From Felis catus (taxonomy: Eukaryota), in assembly GCF_018350175.1 (NCBI RefSeq), contig NC_058368.1, positions 114,764,001-114,828,000 of the forward strand: a stretch of DNA of 64,000 nucleotides. The letters run 5' to 3'. Below are positions 50,565-62,964 of the stretch, piece by piece. The notes beneath the pieces are model-generated. The model made no database searches. It saw nothing but the letters and a program-made list of their open reading frames with translations, and had not been told where the DNA came from. Position 1 is the stretch's first letter. Each line of letters begins with the position of its first letter. Both the position numbers and the translations under genes were made by a program.

Positions 50565-50654
50565 AAGTAATCTCTACACCTAGTGTGGGGCTCTCACTCA
50601 CAACTCTGAGATCAAGAGTCGCATGCTCCACCAACTGAGCCAGCCATGTGCCCC
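50565..50654 (-). mobile_element. Short Can-SINE body (tail extends to about 50105)
   Basis: aagtaatctctacacc...gagatcaagagtcgcatgctccaccaactgagccagccatgtgcccc. Confidence 0.92.
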
Positions 50655-50976
50655 TGAAATTCCATTTTGGTATGAGGAGACTAGGGAAGGTTGGGGAGCA
50701 CCCTGACCCTCTAGGCATTTCAGAGACCGAGAAAGGGCCTGTTCCTGATTGACTTATCATTGAAATGGCAAATCCTGCCTTCCTCTCCCTTAGAACAATT
50801 AAATTATTAAATTGAATAGGTTTGTTTTTCAACACTGTCTGAGTTCCCACCCTGACCCTCAATTTGTCCCCTCCTCCACATGAGCGCATTTCTTACCTGG
50901 TCACTCTGAAGACCTCTAAGGGAGGGACTTGAGGAACTAAGCTGTGGAGTCTATGGGTCCAGTCATAAATGTATAC

Positions 50977-51791
50977 TGTATTATTCAGGGTTCTCCGGAG
51001 AAACAGAATCAATAAGAACTACAGCCATAGATGTAAAATAGGAAATGAGATTTATTATAAGGAATTCGCTCACACAATTATGGAGACTGAGAAGTCCCAG
51101 GATCTGCCATCTACAAGATGGAGACCTAGAGAAGAAGGGGTATAATTTTCAGGCCCGAGAGCCTGAGAATTAATGGTGTAGATTCTAGTCTGGATCTAAA
51201 GGCTTCAGAAGCAGGAACTTGGAGGGAAGCAGAAAACCAATGTTCCAGATCATGCAGTCAGGCAGAGAGGGAATTCAGCCTTCTTCCACCTTTTTGTTCC
51301 TTTTGGGCCTTCAACAGATTGGTTAATTCTTTTTTTTTTTTTTTTTTTTTTAATGTTTATTTATTTTGAGAGAGAGAGAGAGCAAGCAGGGTAGGGGGCA
51401 GAGAGAGAGGGCGAGGATCCCAAGCAGGCTCTATGCTGTTAGAGAAGAGCCCAATGTGGGGCTCGAACCCATGAATCGTGAGTTCATGACCTGAGCCTAA
51501 ATCAGGAGTTGTGTACTTAACCAACTGAGCCACCCGAGTGCCCCCAGATTGGTTAATTCTATGTGACAACTTAACTGGGACACAGGATGCCCTGATACCT
51601 GGTTAAGCATTATTACCTACCTGCACTGGCCAGGGAGGAGGGTGTTAGTCAATCCACTTCACTCCATGCACCAATTCAAGTGCCAATCTACTCCATAAAC
51701 ACCCTCACAGACATATCCAGGTATAACATTTAACCAGATATCTGGACACCCTCTGTGCCAGTCAAGTTGACACCTAAAATTAATCATCACA
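50977..51791 (-). mobile_element. MLT2 (ERVL) solo LTR, interrupted by a SINE
   Basis: tgtattattcagggttctccggagaaacagaa...gtcaagttgacacctaaaattaatcatcaca; 5-bp TSD tatac/aatac. Confidence 0.9.
51331..51544 (-). mobile_element. Can-SINE
   Basis: Perfect TSD cagattggttaattct. Confidence 0.95.
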
Positions 51792-51899
51792 AATACCTAC
51801 AAGCTCAGGTAATTGCTCCATCTTCCCTCTCTCTTCACCCTCCAAGGCCAAATAGGCCCTAGGTTTTCCCAATGTTCACACCTCATAGAAAATTACTGT

Positions 51900-52310
51900 T
51901 ATGTCCTTTCCACTATCCATTTCCCCTAGCACCAGCTTTGGGGATTTGTCTTGGGGCACTGCTTCAGCATTTATAATCTTAGTGGACTGTTAATGAAGAC
52001 TCCCTCCATTGCTTGGCCAAGGGCTTGACATGTGACCCAAGCTAGGCCAATTAGATGGTCTTTTTCTTAAATCTTGCATGGGATGACATGAAAAAAGAAT
52101 TCATCGATCCCCAAGGTGGTACCCTGAAGGGATTATCCCTTAGCCCCAGCTCCCTTGATTTCACTGTCTTGGTTCCTCATCTTTCTGGGATAGCCTCTTC
52201 AGTATTTTCTTTGATTCTTTGAGCCATCCTCTTTTCTTTCTAATATAATCATTTTTTGCTTAAGTTAGCTAGCATTTTTCTGTTGCTTACAACTAAACAG
52301 TCTTACCTTA
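51900..52310 (+). mobile_element. Old ERVL LTR (LTR16-group-like)
   Basis: catgtgacccaagctaggccaattaga...ttttttgctaagttagctag...ttctgttgcttacaactaaa. Confidence 0.6.
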
Positions 52311-53559
52311 AAATTCTACTTTCTTAGAGGAGCTGAGTGGTCTGCTCCTCTAGTGGGCTCATATCTGGAATCTCTGGATTGGATTAAAATCTTTTTTAGT
52401 CCTGGAATGAGACAAATGTTTGTCATGTCTTCTCTCAAGAACCCATTCTTTATTGCCTGACTCATCAGGACCCACTCCCAGCCTGACTTCTAGGTCTCTA
52501 CACTCAGGTCACAGCCTGAAATAGCCACAATTATCTCTCTTGACTCCATATCACAAGTCCTACAGCCAGGTCAGGCTGATCTCCTTGTTATTTCCCAAAA
52601 ATAGCAGACTCATTCCTATGCTGTGCCTTTGCTCGTGATGTTCTCGGACACCCGACAAGCCATTGGCCCTCTGCTGAGTGTCTGAGCCCCTCTCAGACTT
52701 TCAAACCTTAGGCCACATCTTGCCTCTTCCTTTCCCAAGGCTGTACACTATCAGGCCCACAGCAGCTTCTGGATCAAGCACTTCAATAGGCTCTTTTTGA
52801 TGTGGGACAGAACAAGTGATTTCTCTGGTTGAGCCTTATTTCTTTGGTAGGCTTAATTCTTTGAGGACTGAGTACAGGCTCCAGGTGTTTTGGTACTTTT
52901 CTTGCATGGGCCTCAGCATTGAGCACAAGGCTGGATGTACTGTGGGTACTCATGTTTATTTCTCCAACAGCCCCCATTTGGAAATTGCCTTGGTCCTATA
53001 ACCTACATTCTTCACTCATTTATCCAACATTTATTAAGCACCTACTAAGTGTGGGTACTATGCTACGCTCTGGAGGTTCACAATGAATAAAACATGGTGA
53101 AGGAATTCACAGTCTATGGCCAAGATTTATTGAGAATTAGGTGTAGCAGAATGACATATTGAAAAAATAACTGTCTAGTTTTTTTCAGCTGTAGGCTCAC
53201 CCCAGAGGAATGAAAGGCATTCCCACCACTCCTGGGGGAGAGCCAGAAGTTGTGTCCTTGACTTTCTTGACCCCCAGCAGGATTTGTGTGTTTCTACATA
53301 GAAAGGAAAATCTGCAAGCAGTGAGTTGCCCAGAAGACAACTTCTACACAGGCTTTCTTAACAGTTTAGGATTGGAGGTTTAATGCTTCCTGGACTAAAA
53401 ATGGATGAGCCCAACTCAGGTGGGTGAGTTGGAGTTCTCAAGACTAGAAAGGGGAGGAAGGTATGAATTCCATCAGAGCAGGAACCTGAGCTCACATGAG
53501 TGCAGGTTCTCTGATGTGGGAGGACCTAGAGGGAAGAATATTTAGGTGAACAAATACAT

Positions 53560-53760
53560 GATAGTAACAGTTTCTATTTTTTGCACATTTACTCTATGCC
53601 AGGCACTGTGTTAAGTACTTTATATATATTCATTTATCTCTCCCAAGAACTCTATCAAGTAAGTACTATTATTTTTTCCATTTTACAGATGAGGCAAAGA
53701 AAAATTAAATGAGTTTCCCAGGTTATGGGTCTGAGGATCAAACCCAGGCAATCATTGAGT
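53560..53760 (-). mobile_element. MIR
   Basis: ctatgccaggcactgtgttaagtact...ccattttacagatgaggcaa. Confidence 0.85.
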
Positions 53761-53954
53761 GCCATACATGACTGTGAGGACTGAGCACAGGGACACAGTT
53801 TGGGGAGGCTTGGTTAAACTTGTCACAGACAGGATAGAGCTGCCTCAGAACCCCCACCTTCAGGAGTACCTCCGCATTCCAGGAAGAAGGCATAGCTGTG
53901 GCAACTGGAACAAACCGAGGTCGAGATAATCTTGGAAAGAAGGGGCATTTATCG

Positions 53955-54400
53955 ATCAACTATGGCCAAAGTAATGCTGCATAACAATCACCAAATTTCA
54001 GTACACACAGCAATGAACATTTGTTTAGTGTATGTGTTTAGCAACCAGTTGGGAGCTAATTGCTTATAGAGTGGCTTTGGCTGGGATAGTTTTGCTCTGC
54101 CCCATGTGTCTTTCATCTTCCTTCCAGGATCAGTAGGCTAGTAGGGGGATGTTCATCTCACGGAGATGGAAGAAGCACAAGAATAACAGCCCCAGTGCAC
54201 AAGCCTATTTTAAGTCTTTGTTTATGTCAAGTCTGCTAAAATACTCCTGGTCAAAACAAGTCATGTGGCCAAGCCTAGAGTCGAGGGTTGGAGAAACACA
54301 CTGCCCAAAGGAGCAACCTGCATAGTTACCTGGCAAAGAACGTAGTTGTATAATCCTGTTACCTAGGAGGCAGTGAAGAGATGGAACAATACTGTAGTGT
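53955..54400 (-). mobile_element. MaLR LTR (MLT1H/I-like)
   Basis: aatgctgcataacaatcacc...ggtcaaaacaagtcatgtggccaagcctagagtc. Confidence 0.7.
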
Positions 54401-54566
54401 TCCAATAGAACTTAACCTGGACTTAATTTTGATTTAGAGAGAGAGTGAAATCTTACATTATATCGTGGAGCAGTTCATGCCTGTTACAAAGATAAATTCT
54501 ATCTTCAGGGACCACAAAACTTGCTATGTGAATATTTAAATGTTTAGTTTTTATTTTAGTGAAAAC

Positions 54567-54752
54567 TTTTTTTTTTAATGTTTCTTTATTTATTTTGAGA
54601 GAGAGAGCACATTCACAAGAGTGAGAGCAGAGGAAGGGCAGAGAAAGGGGGAGAGAATCGTATGCAGGCTCCATCCCACCAACCAACAAGACCATGACCT
54701 GAGCCGAAACCAGGAGTTGGACACTCGACCTACTGGGCCACTCAGGCACCCC
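54567..54752 (-). mobile_element. Can-SINE with internal deletion
   Basis: TSD tattttagtgaaaa. Confidence 0.92.
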
Positions 54753-54867
54753 TATTTTAGTGAAAATTGTAAAAAATACCTCTTCACAAAAACATTCTTT
54801 GGATGGCCTCGTTGCCTTACAATTTTCAAAGCTCCATTGATCACCAAGAGTATCAGCATTTAACTTT

Positions 54868-55080
54868 AAAAAAATTTTTTTAATGTTTATTTATTTTTGA
54901 GACAGAGACAGAGCATGAATGGGGGAGGGGCAGAGAGGGAGGGAGACACAGAATCCGAAGCAGGCTCCAGGCTCCAAGCCGTCAGCCCAGAGCCCGACGT
55001 GGGGCTCGAACTCACGGACCGCGAGATCGTGGCCTGAGTTGAAGTCGGATGCTTAACCGACTGAGCCACCCAGGCACCCC
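54868..55080 (-). mobile_element. Relatively young Can-SINE
   Basis: CpG-rich ctcacggaccgcgagatcgtg; TSD tcagcatttaacttt. Confidence 0.96.
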
Positions 55081-55499
55081 TCAGCATTTAACTTTTTAAT
55101 ATAGGTTTTTCAAACTAGGGTCTGTATTCTTAGGAAGCCATGCATTTTCAAGGTTGGAAAACATTAGTGAGAATGATACAAAACAGAGAATGTATACAAG
55201 AGGCCCAGATACCGTGCTATAGGGCAGCTCTGGGGCTCAGGACAGGATTTATGGTGCCTTGCAGGGAAGCAGTGGTGGCACTTAAATAGGTCTTGAAAAA
55301 TGGCAGGGTGGCGTCCTAGGGATAATTTCCAGGTTCCTTCTCTGTATGGAAATAACCAGATTCCTCATTTCTGGGACTTTTCTAGGTAGGGAGCTCTACC
55401 TTCCATATCTGCAAACGTGGAATTTGTTCTTGCATGTTTTTGCATCAGGGCTTTGTCCTTCACCTTCACAGATATGCTGCTAATTATAGCATTTGAAGA

Positions 55500-55685
55500 G
55501 GAGGCTGGGGAGTGTAATGGCTAAGCTCCCTGGCTTTGAAGCCAGGTCAACCAGGGTTCAAATCATGAGTTTGACTATTGCTAGCTCTGGGCCCTTAGGC
55601 AAGTTGCTTGAACTCCAGGAGCTAGTTTCCTCCACTGAAGAAGTGAATCTTCATTCTCTAATGGGGTGTTTAAAGATTTACTACT
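55500..55685 (+). mobile_element. MIR (continues at about 56505-56570 after the L1)
   Basis: tggctttgaagccaggtcaaccagggttcaaatc...ccttaggcaagttgcttgaactcc. Confidence 0.75.
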
Positions 55686-55689
55686 CATC

Positions 55690-56500
55690 AGTGAAGACTG
55701 GGCTTTCTTCATGGGAATATTTTTGACTTCTGATTAAATTTTGTTAATGGTTGTAGGATGATCCGGGTTTCCTATTTTAGGTTGAATCAGTATTAGTAAG
55801 TTATATGTGTCAAGCAATTTGTCTATTTCACATATATCTTCAATTTTATTTGTACAAAATTATTCATAATATTCTCTTCATTTCTTTCTAATACCTGAAG
55901 CGTCCATAACAATATCCCTCTTTTTACTTCTTTTTTTAAATTAAAAAAAAATTTTAATGTTTATTTATTTTTGAGAGAAAGAGTTAGAGAGAGAGACACA
56001 CACACACAGAGCATGTGCAGGGGAGAGGCAGTGAGAGATAGAGACAGAATCTGAAGTAGGCTCCAGTCTCTGAGTTGTCAGCACAGAGCCCAACGCGGGG
56101 CTCAAACTCACAAGCTGTGAGATCATGACCTGAACTGAAATTGGACACTGAACTGATTGAGCCACTCAGGTGCCCCCATCTTTAAAAAAAAATTTTTTTT
56201 TAAATCCCTCTTTTTCATTCTGAAATTGTTTATTTTTTTTTCTTTCAAGTTTTTCTTGGTCACTATCATGAGAAATTCATCGGTTTTCACAGAATTGGCT
56301 TTTGGCTTGGCTGATCTTCTCTACTGCATATTTGGTTTCTGTTTCTTCAATTTCTATTTTTTATCTTGCTATTTCCTTCTACATTATTTGAGTTTATTTT
56401 GCTGTATTTTTTTCTAACTTATTAAGATATATCCTTAGCTCATTAATTTTCAATCATCTTGCTTTCTGACATGCATTTAAGGCTCTACATTTCCTTTGGA
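55690..56500 (-). mobile_element. Ancient L1M internal fragment
   Basis: T-rich; gcaatttgtctatttca...tattcataatattctc...gcatttaaggctctacatttcc typical of reverse L1 ORF2. Confidence 0.75.
55931..56177 (-). mobile_element. Can-SINE
   Basis: Reverse SINE; atccctcttttt on both sides. Confidence 0.94.
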
Positions 56501-56875
56501 AGCTTAAATGGAAAAGATATACTCAAGTGCCTGGTCCCAAATAGGCACTCAGTAAATATCTTATCATCTCTATCATCATCACTGTCCAGGGTCAATTGTT
56601 ATGAGACTCCCTAGCACAGTTTCTAGCTCTCTTGCTCTCTAAGGTGACATATGTCCCCTGAGTTTTCAACAGCAGACTCTATGAAGACTTATTCTGGGCG
56701 ACAGATCTCCTCCCTTTTTGGGTTTTGGGGAGACTTCCTCTGGAGGAGAAGGTAGGGCATAGAGAGGGGCATGTGCCTTTGGCCCCATCTTTCTCAGGGA
56801 GCTCAGAAGTTCTCTTCCTAAGATGGCTGGCAAGGTCCCAGGCCCATGGAAAGTGTGAATTCTAGCCTGCAGGCC

Positions 56876-57692
56876 TGTGGCAGATTATATTTTCCAGAAT
56901 TGGTCCGATACTATCTCCCACCCCACATGCTTTTTTAGACTTTGCTGTTCCCCCGTCAAGAGGCAGAGTATACTTTCCCTCCCTTTGAGTCCTGAGGGCT
57001 CCCTTATACATTCTAGATTACAGTGGAAGTAGTGCTGAGAAACTTCCTTGGCTTTGTGATGAGAGGAGATGTAGCTGCCACCTTGTTAGCTGAAAAACTC
57101 ATGTTTAGAGCCCTGAGTCACCATGTAGGAAGTCCAACTACCATGCAATCACCTTGTTGTGAGGAAGCCAGAGCACTTAGAGAGGTCATGTGTAGGCACT
57201 CTGGTCTCCAGTCCTAATCTTCAGGTCAGGGTGCCTGGGTGGCTCAGTCGGTTAAGCATCTGACTTGAGCTCAGGTCATAATCTCATGGTTCATGAATTC
57301 AAGCCCCACAGCGGACTCTTGGATCCTCTGTCTCCCTCTTTCTGCCCCTCTCTTCCTCTTTCTCTCTCTCTCTCTTTCTCTTTCTCTCCCCCAAATAAAT
57401 AAATAAATAAATAATAAAAATCTTAAACCAAAACTGTACTGATCTTCAAGTCAATCCAGCCCAAGCACCAGATATGTGAGTAAATGAGCCTTTGGGGATT
57501 CTAGCCCCAAACTGTTGAGAGACCCATATCCTTTTAATCTTATCAGCTGAGGCCTCAGACATTGAGAAACGGAAACAACCATCCCCACACCGTGCCCCAT
57601 CCAAATTCTTGATCCAGAGAATGATAAACATAAAAAAAAATGATTGTTTTAAGCTCTAAGCTTTTGCTACACAGCAATAGATAACTGGAACA
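56876..57692 (+). mobile_element. MaLR LTR (MLT1G-like), interrupted by a SINE
   Basis: tgtggcagattatattttccag...ctatctcccaccccacatgc ... cagcaatagataactggaaca. Confidence 0.85.
57229..57425 (+). mobile_element. Can-SINE
   Basis: TSD atcttcaggtca/atcttcaagtca. Confidence 0.93.
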
Positions 57693-58155
57693 AGTGCTCA
57701 TTATCTCCTCTGGCACCTCACTGCTCCACCACACGCCTTCAACCTCCATCATGCTCTGTTGAATGCTTTGGATTTCCCACTTCGGTCCGAGCAGAGCTTG
57801 CAGAAACAGCATAGCAGAGGTCTTTTGCGCGAGTCCTGTGGGAGAATACTGGAAATGGAGATTCTGTGATTCTATCAATTTGTCTAAACTGAGCTCTCCT
57901 AAAACCTTTGGTTCCCAACTTTTCCATGTGCTAAGATCTCCTATATCTCATTTAAAAGGCTGGGCATCTCCCATGTAATGTTGATTGTACTTGGAGTGTG
58001 GCTTCATAACATAGCTCACGTCTATGGAGACCTTACTAAGTGCTGAGCACTATGCTGAGTATTTTACATACATTATCCTCCTGAACCTAATAACAAAGCT
58101 TGTGCTCAGGTTCTAGCTCACAGGGTTCCTAATAACCGCCTCAGTGGTAGAGCAG

Positions 58156-58357
58156 TTTTATATTTGAGAGAGAGACAGACGGACAGAGAGAGAGAGCTAG
58201 GGAGAGGCAGAGAGAGCAGGAGACACAGAATCCGAAGCAGACTCCAGGCTCTGAGCTGTCAGTACAGAACCTGATGCGGGGCTTGAACTTAGGGATCGTG
58301 AGATCATGACCTGAGTGGAAGTCAGACGCTTAACTGACTGAGCCACCCAGGTGTCCA
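58156..58357 (-). mobile_element. Can-SINE (tail lost)
   Basis: gacacagaatccgaagcag...agccacccaggtgtcc. Confidence 0.92.
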
Positions 58358-58569
58358 ATTGTCCTCATTTCTGATCTTGCTCTTCTAACCTCAGGGCTGA
58401 TAGTGTGATTTCCTGCAATCACTAATCTTTGGATAACCTCATCTCCCTCTTTTTGCTCCTCTAGCCCTTCCCACATGTTTGTTACCAATTCCTCAAACTA
58501 AATTCCTCCTACTGGAAAAATCTAGAGTGATTTCTGATTTTTCCTGAGTGTCTTTTGACTGATATACTT

Positions 58570-59140
58570 GGCTTTACAAAACTTCGTATAACCTAAGCTT
58601 TATTCAACTCTCAACCTAAGCTTTATTCAACTCTCCAACCTCATCTCCAGTCATTCTCCATCCTGCTCGTCAAGCTTCAGCCACGCCTGTCTCCTTTCTC
58701 TTCCTCAAATAACTGTGGCCTTTCCTTGCCTTGGGGCCTTTGCACCTGTCATTCCTAATGCTTGGAAGGCTTTTCTTCCAGCACTTTGCAAAGCTGGCTC
58801 CTTCCCATGCCTCGAATCTCAGCATAAATGTCAGCTTTGCCTAGCATCCCTGACTAGAACTTAGTGTGAGCTTACCCCTCACCTAAGTACTCTTATCACA
58901 TCACTCTTTTATTGTCTCCACAGCACTTATTACTAGCTGACCTTATCATGCTGATCTATTCCTTAACTTGTTTATTGTCTGCTGATTTATTCCTTAACTT
59001 GTTTATTATCTTTTTTGCAGACTAAAATGAAACTCTGAAGGGGCAGAGAGCTTGTCTGTCTTGTTTATTACTGTAGCCAGGGGCTGGCACGGAGTTGATA
59101 CTTAATATATATTTTTGAGTGAATGAATGATGGAGTGAGT
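58570..59140 (+). mobile_element. L2 3' region
   Basis: ggggcctttgcacctgtcattcc...ctgaaggggcagagagcttgtctgtcttgtt...gagtgaatgaatga. Confidence 0.8.
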
Positions 59141-60599
59141 GATGTGCAAGCCTCTACTCAGGCCTGAGATATGCCTGGCCCCTGCTGATATGTTTAACAT
59201 TGGAGGTTACCCAAGGGAGAGGTTTCCCTGCCTCCCTTGAGGCAGGACCAGCAAGGTTTCTGCCCAGCAACAGGGCCCTGAGCTCCACTTGTGCCTTCAT
59301 GCAGGCACCTCCTGGGCAGTGGGAGCCTTCCCTGTGGCTTTGCCTCTGTCTTCTGGCATGTTCTAGTCAGCCTGTTTCTTTCCATGCTTCCAGCAGGCTG
59401 CAGGGCATTAATGATTAAAAGTGCAAACCTGCCCAGGGCCAGTATCAATTGGACCACATGCCCACAATGTAGGCAGCTCATTAACTCCAATAAGCTAGGA
59501 CCCCCTCTCCGAAAGCTTTTGCATCCGTGTACCACAGGTGATAACTATAAAGAAAAAACAAGATTGTTGAAAATTAATTTTACTGATCATCACATTCTTA
59601 TCAAACAATAAGAAGCAGAAAGTTTCTGTTACATAAACATGTAACTGAAACCACTGCTATAATAACAAGCTGAATCCAAAAAAATGCAATGAAATTCATA
59701 CTGTAATACAACTCTAAAGAGCCATTATATTTTTCTTTGAAGAAATTATGACAAAATAAATTATGGTATCTTACTCTGTACAAAACAAAACAAAAACTCA
59801 TTTTACTGCTATTGTGGAATAGAGTAGCCAGCAGGATGAAGCTTTCTTTGCAAGGTTGGATTTTCCACCAGGTCATCTTGTCCATCTCCCTGCCTCTGGG
59901 GAGACCTCTTTTTTTGTTTTAAAATCTTTAGTTTGGGGGTATCCTCTGGATACCAGGCTAGCTGATGCAGACAGAGGAAACACACAGAAGTCACATAGAA
60001 ACCTTTATAAGAACATTGGGAGTACAATTTCCAACAAAGTTTGAAAAAGGCATTGGGAGAAGCTGAGTCTGGGATAGGACCTGGGTTTGACCAAAACAAG
60101 AAGGGCAGAAGAGTCTAGCCAAAGGCTGGCCTGCCCTGGACTCATTTACCAGCAACTGCATGCCCTTCCCCAGTCCAGGAACCCCTGGCTGGGCAGGTGG
60201 ATGGGGTGGGGATGAGAGCCTCTGAACGCTCCTGGAGGCCGGCAGGCATAGTAACTTTACCATCTTTCTATTATTTGTTCCCAATTCCTCTACATTAGGT
60301 TAACTAAACCATTCACCATTCCTTGTCTAAGTTTCCACTTTCCCTCTTCTGTGGCTTTCTCATGCTGTTCCTCTGCTAGAATGCCCTCTCTTCTTCTATA
60401 CCCATCTAGATCCTCTGGTATTGTTCAAGACTCAGCCCTAAAGCCACTTCCTCCAAGATGCCTTCTCTGATCTCTCCCCTTTGAACTCCTAATGCCTTCA
60501 TCAAGGACTCTAGTCACTTTCTCTTGTATAATGAGCATTTATGTGCTTGTACCCCTTTGTAATGATTATATTATCTTCCCCAATTGTTCACTTCTCTCT

Positions 60600-60935
60600 A
60601 TAAAAGTACTGTGAATCACCATGCATTGCGATGTTAGTTTCAAGTCCTCCCCATGGAAGCAGGATAGTTACCTTGTTGCAACCAGATTTGGTCATGTGAC
60701 TTGCTGGCCAATCAAATGGCAACAGAAGTGATCAGAGCAGAAGCTTTAGGAGCCATCACAGTATCCTCTTTATACTGTGCCACAGAATGGCATGTCCTAT
60801 CCTAGAGTGAAAAAGACGCTTGGAGCTGAGCCAAAGCTCACCTGAAGCTGAGGAGCAAGAAATAAAGCACTGCTGTTTATACACCACAAAGATTTTGTGT
60901 TGTTTGTTACCACAACAAAGCTAACCTGAACTAAC
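60600..60935 (+). mobile_element. MaLR LTR (MLT1I-like) inside L2 remnants
   Basis: ggtcatgtgacttgctggccaatcaaatggcaacagaagtga...gagcaagaaataaa...ttgtttgttaccaca. Confidence 0.7.
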
Positions 60936-61209
60936 AAAGCTTTCCTGAACTTCAAGCTCCTTGGGGCAGATCACATCTTATTCATGATTTGTCTCCTCTC
61001 CTTCGTAAACCTGGCATAGAGCTAGGGTCACTTAGAGGCTTAAGTAACTGTTTACTGAGTGAGCAAATAAGTAAACAAACCTATCATTTACTGAGCGCCC
61101 CTGTAAGAATCCCTGACCTGGTATAGTGCTCTGCAGTTCACAGTGTGGTTTTACAGACACTGTTTCAGTGGGTCTCAGAACAACCCTGCGAGAGCAGTGA
61201 GGGAGAGTG

Positions 61210-61450
61210 GACATCTGCTACTTTTTGTCTGCCTCACATCCCAGTTAGCGTCTGTCCAATATCTCCTATTCCGCTTGATTCTGCTGGGACTTCTAGGGGT
61301 ATAAGAGTAGTCCCTCTAGTCCCAGGGGTAGGCATGTGACCCAGGTCTGCCCAATCCCAGGATCTCATCCTCTGGATACAGTGACTGGACCAGAGATAGG
61401 CATATGCCCTGAATAGGGCCAATCAGAACCCTTTCCTGAGAGGAGGTGCA
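61210..61450 (+). mobile_element. LTR16-like fragment
   Basis: ggggtaggcatgtgacccaggtctgcccaatc...cagtgactggaccagagataggcatatg...gggccaatcagaaccctttcctgag. Confidence 0.65.
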
Positions 61451-61539
61451 GACCCAGAAGAAAGGCGTCTAGAGAGAGTTCCATGGGAAATCTCAAGAGA
61501 ACACTCACTGTTCTGTAGTCTTCCCATATTTATTCGACA

Positions 61540-62900
61540 TGATCAAAGCTTCTACCTCCTAACTTCTGTCTCTTCAAACATCTTTCACTCTCTTCATCCC
61601 TCACTTTCAGCTGATGACCTTGCCTCATCCCTCATGGAAAAAAGAAAAGCAATTTGAAGTGCTTCCTCATTTTCCTGGCACCAGCTCTACTTCCCTACCT
61701 GTATGTGTCCTCCATGATTTGCCTTCCCTCTTTATACAGTGAATTGAGTGTCTCTGCTTCCATCACTAGAAGAACATGTTCAACATCATACAAACATTCT
61801 CTAATATATTCCAGCTTTACAACATAAACAACCCTCCCATTACCCGCATTTCCCTCTGTTGTCACCCAGTTTTTCTATGTGTCATGGCAAAACTTTTTGA
61901 ATTTGAAAGAGTTGTGTATAGCTGCTGTCTGACTTTCTCCCTCAACATCCTCTCTTCAGCCCCTCCGGGTGAGCTTCCATCCCCACTGCTCCACTGAAAT
62001 TAATCGTGTTGGCATCACCACTGGTCTGCATGCTGCTGGGTCTGAGAGCCACGTCTCAGCAAGGTTGACCGCTACTTCCATCTTGAAACTTCTCTCCTCT
62101 TAGTTTCTTGGACACCACATTCTCCTGGTTTTCTACCTCACTGACCACTTCTTCTCAGTCTTCTATGCCGGCTCCTTCTCTTCCACAAACCACTAAATAT
62201 TGAACAGCCCCAGAGCTCAACCTAGTACCCCTTCTATTCTCTATCTACATCTAGTCCCTAGGCTGGTTTTCTATGACTGCCAAATTAATATCTCCAAAGC
62301 AGACCTCTCTTCTGAACGTCATCCTTATATACCTATCGGCCCACTTAACATCCCCTTTCACGAGGCTTTATAGGTTGAATTGTCTCCCCAAAATATATGT
62401 TGAAGTCCTAACCTCTTGTACCTATGAATATGACCTTTTTTGGAAATAAGGTCTTTGCAGATATAATCAAGTTAAGATTAGGTCATAATGGGTTACGGTG
62501 GCCCTACAGTCAGTATGACTGGTATCCTTATAAGAAGAGGAGAAGACATAAAGACAAGAGACACACAGGGAGAATGCTTTGTGAATACAGAGGCAGATAT
62601 TGGAATGACGTATCCATAGGCCATGGATTGCTGGCAATGCGAAGATCTAGGAGAGAGACATGGAACAGATTCTTCCTCAGAGCAGCCAGAAGGAACCAAA
62701 CTTACTGACGCCTTGGTTTCAGACTTCAGACCTCCAGAACTGTGAGAGGATACATTTCTGTTTTTTAAACCACCCAATTTGTGGTCATTTATTACAGCAA
62801 CCCTAAGAAACTGCTACTACATCTAATCAGCATCTCAAATTTAATGTGATCAGAATAGAACTCTTATCCCCACCATGCCCTAATCCATTCCTCCCCTAGC
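61540..62900 (+). mobile_element. L2 internal fragment, split by MLT1C
   Basis: cagctgatgaccttgcctc...gacaccacattctcctggttttctacctcactgacc...catctcaaatttaatgtg. Confidence 0.75.
62366..62821 (+). mobile_element. MaLR LTR (MLT1C-like)
   Basis: ataggttgaattgtctccccaaaatatatgttgaagtcctaacc...cagacttcagacctccagaactgtgagag...acagcaaccctaagaaac. Confidence 0.9.
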
Positions 62901-62964
62901 CTTTCCCCTAAACCCTCCTTCCACCCTGACCCCTGGCCTCCTTTCCATATAGTAACCAGAGTTT

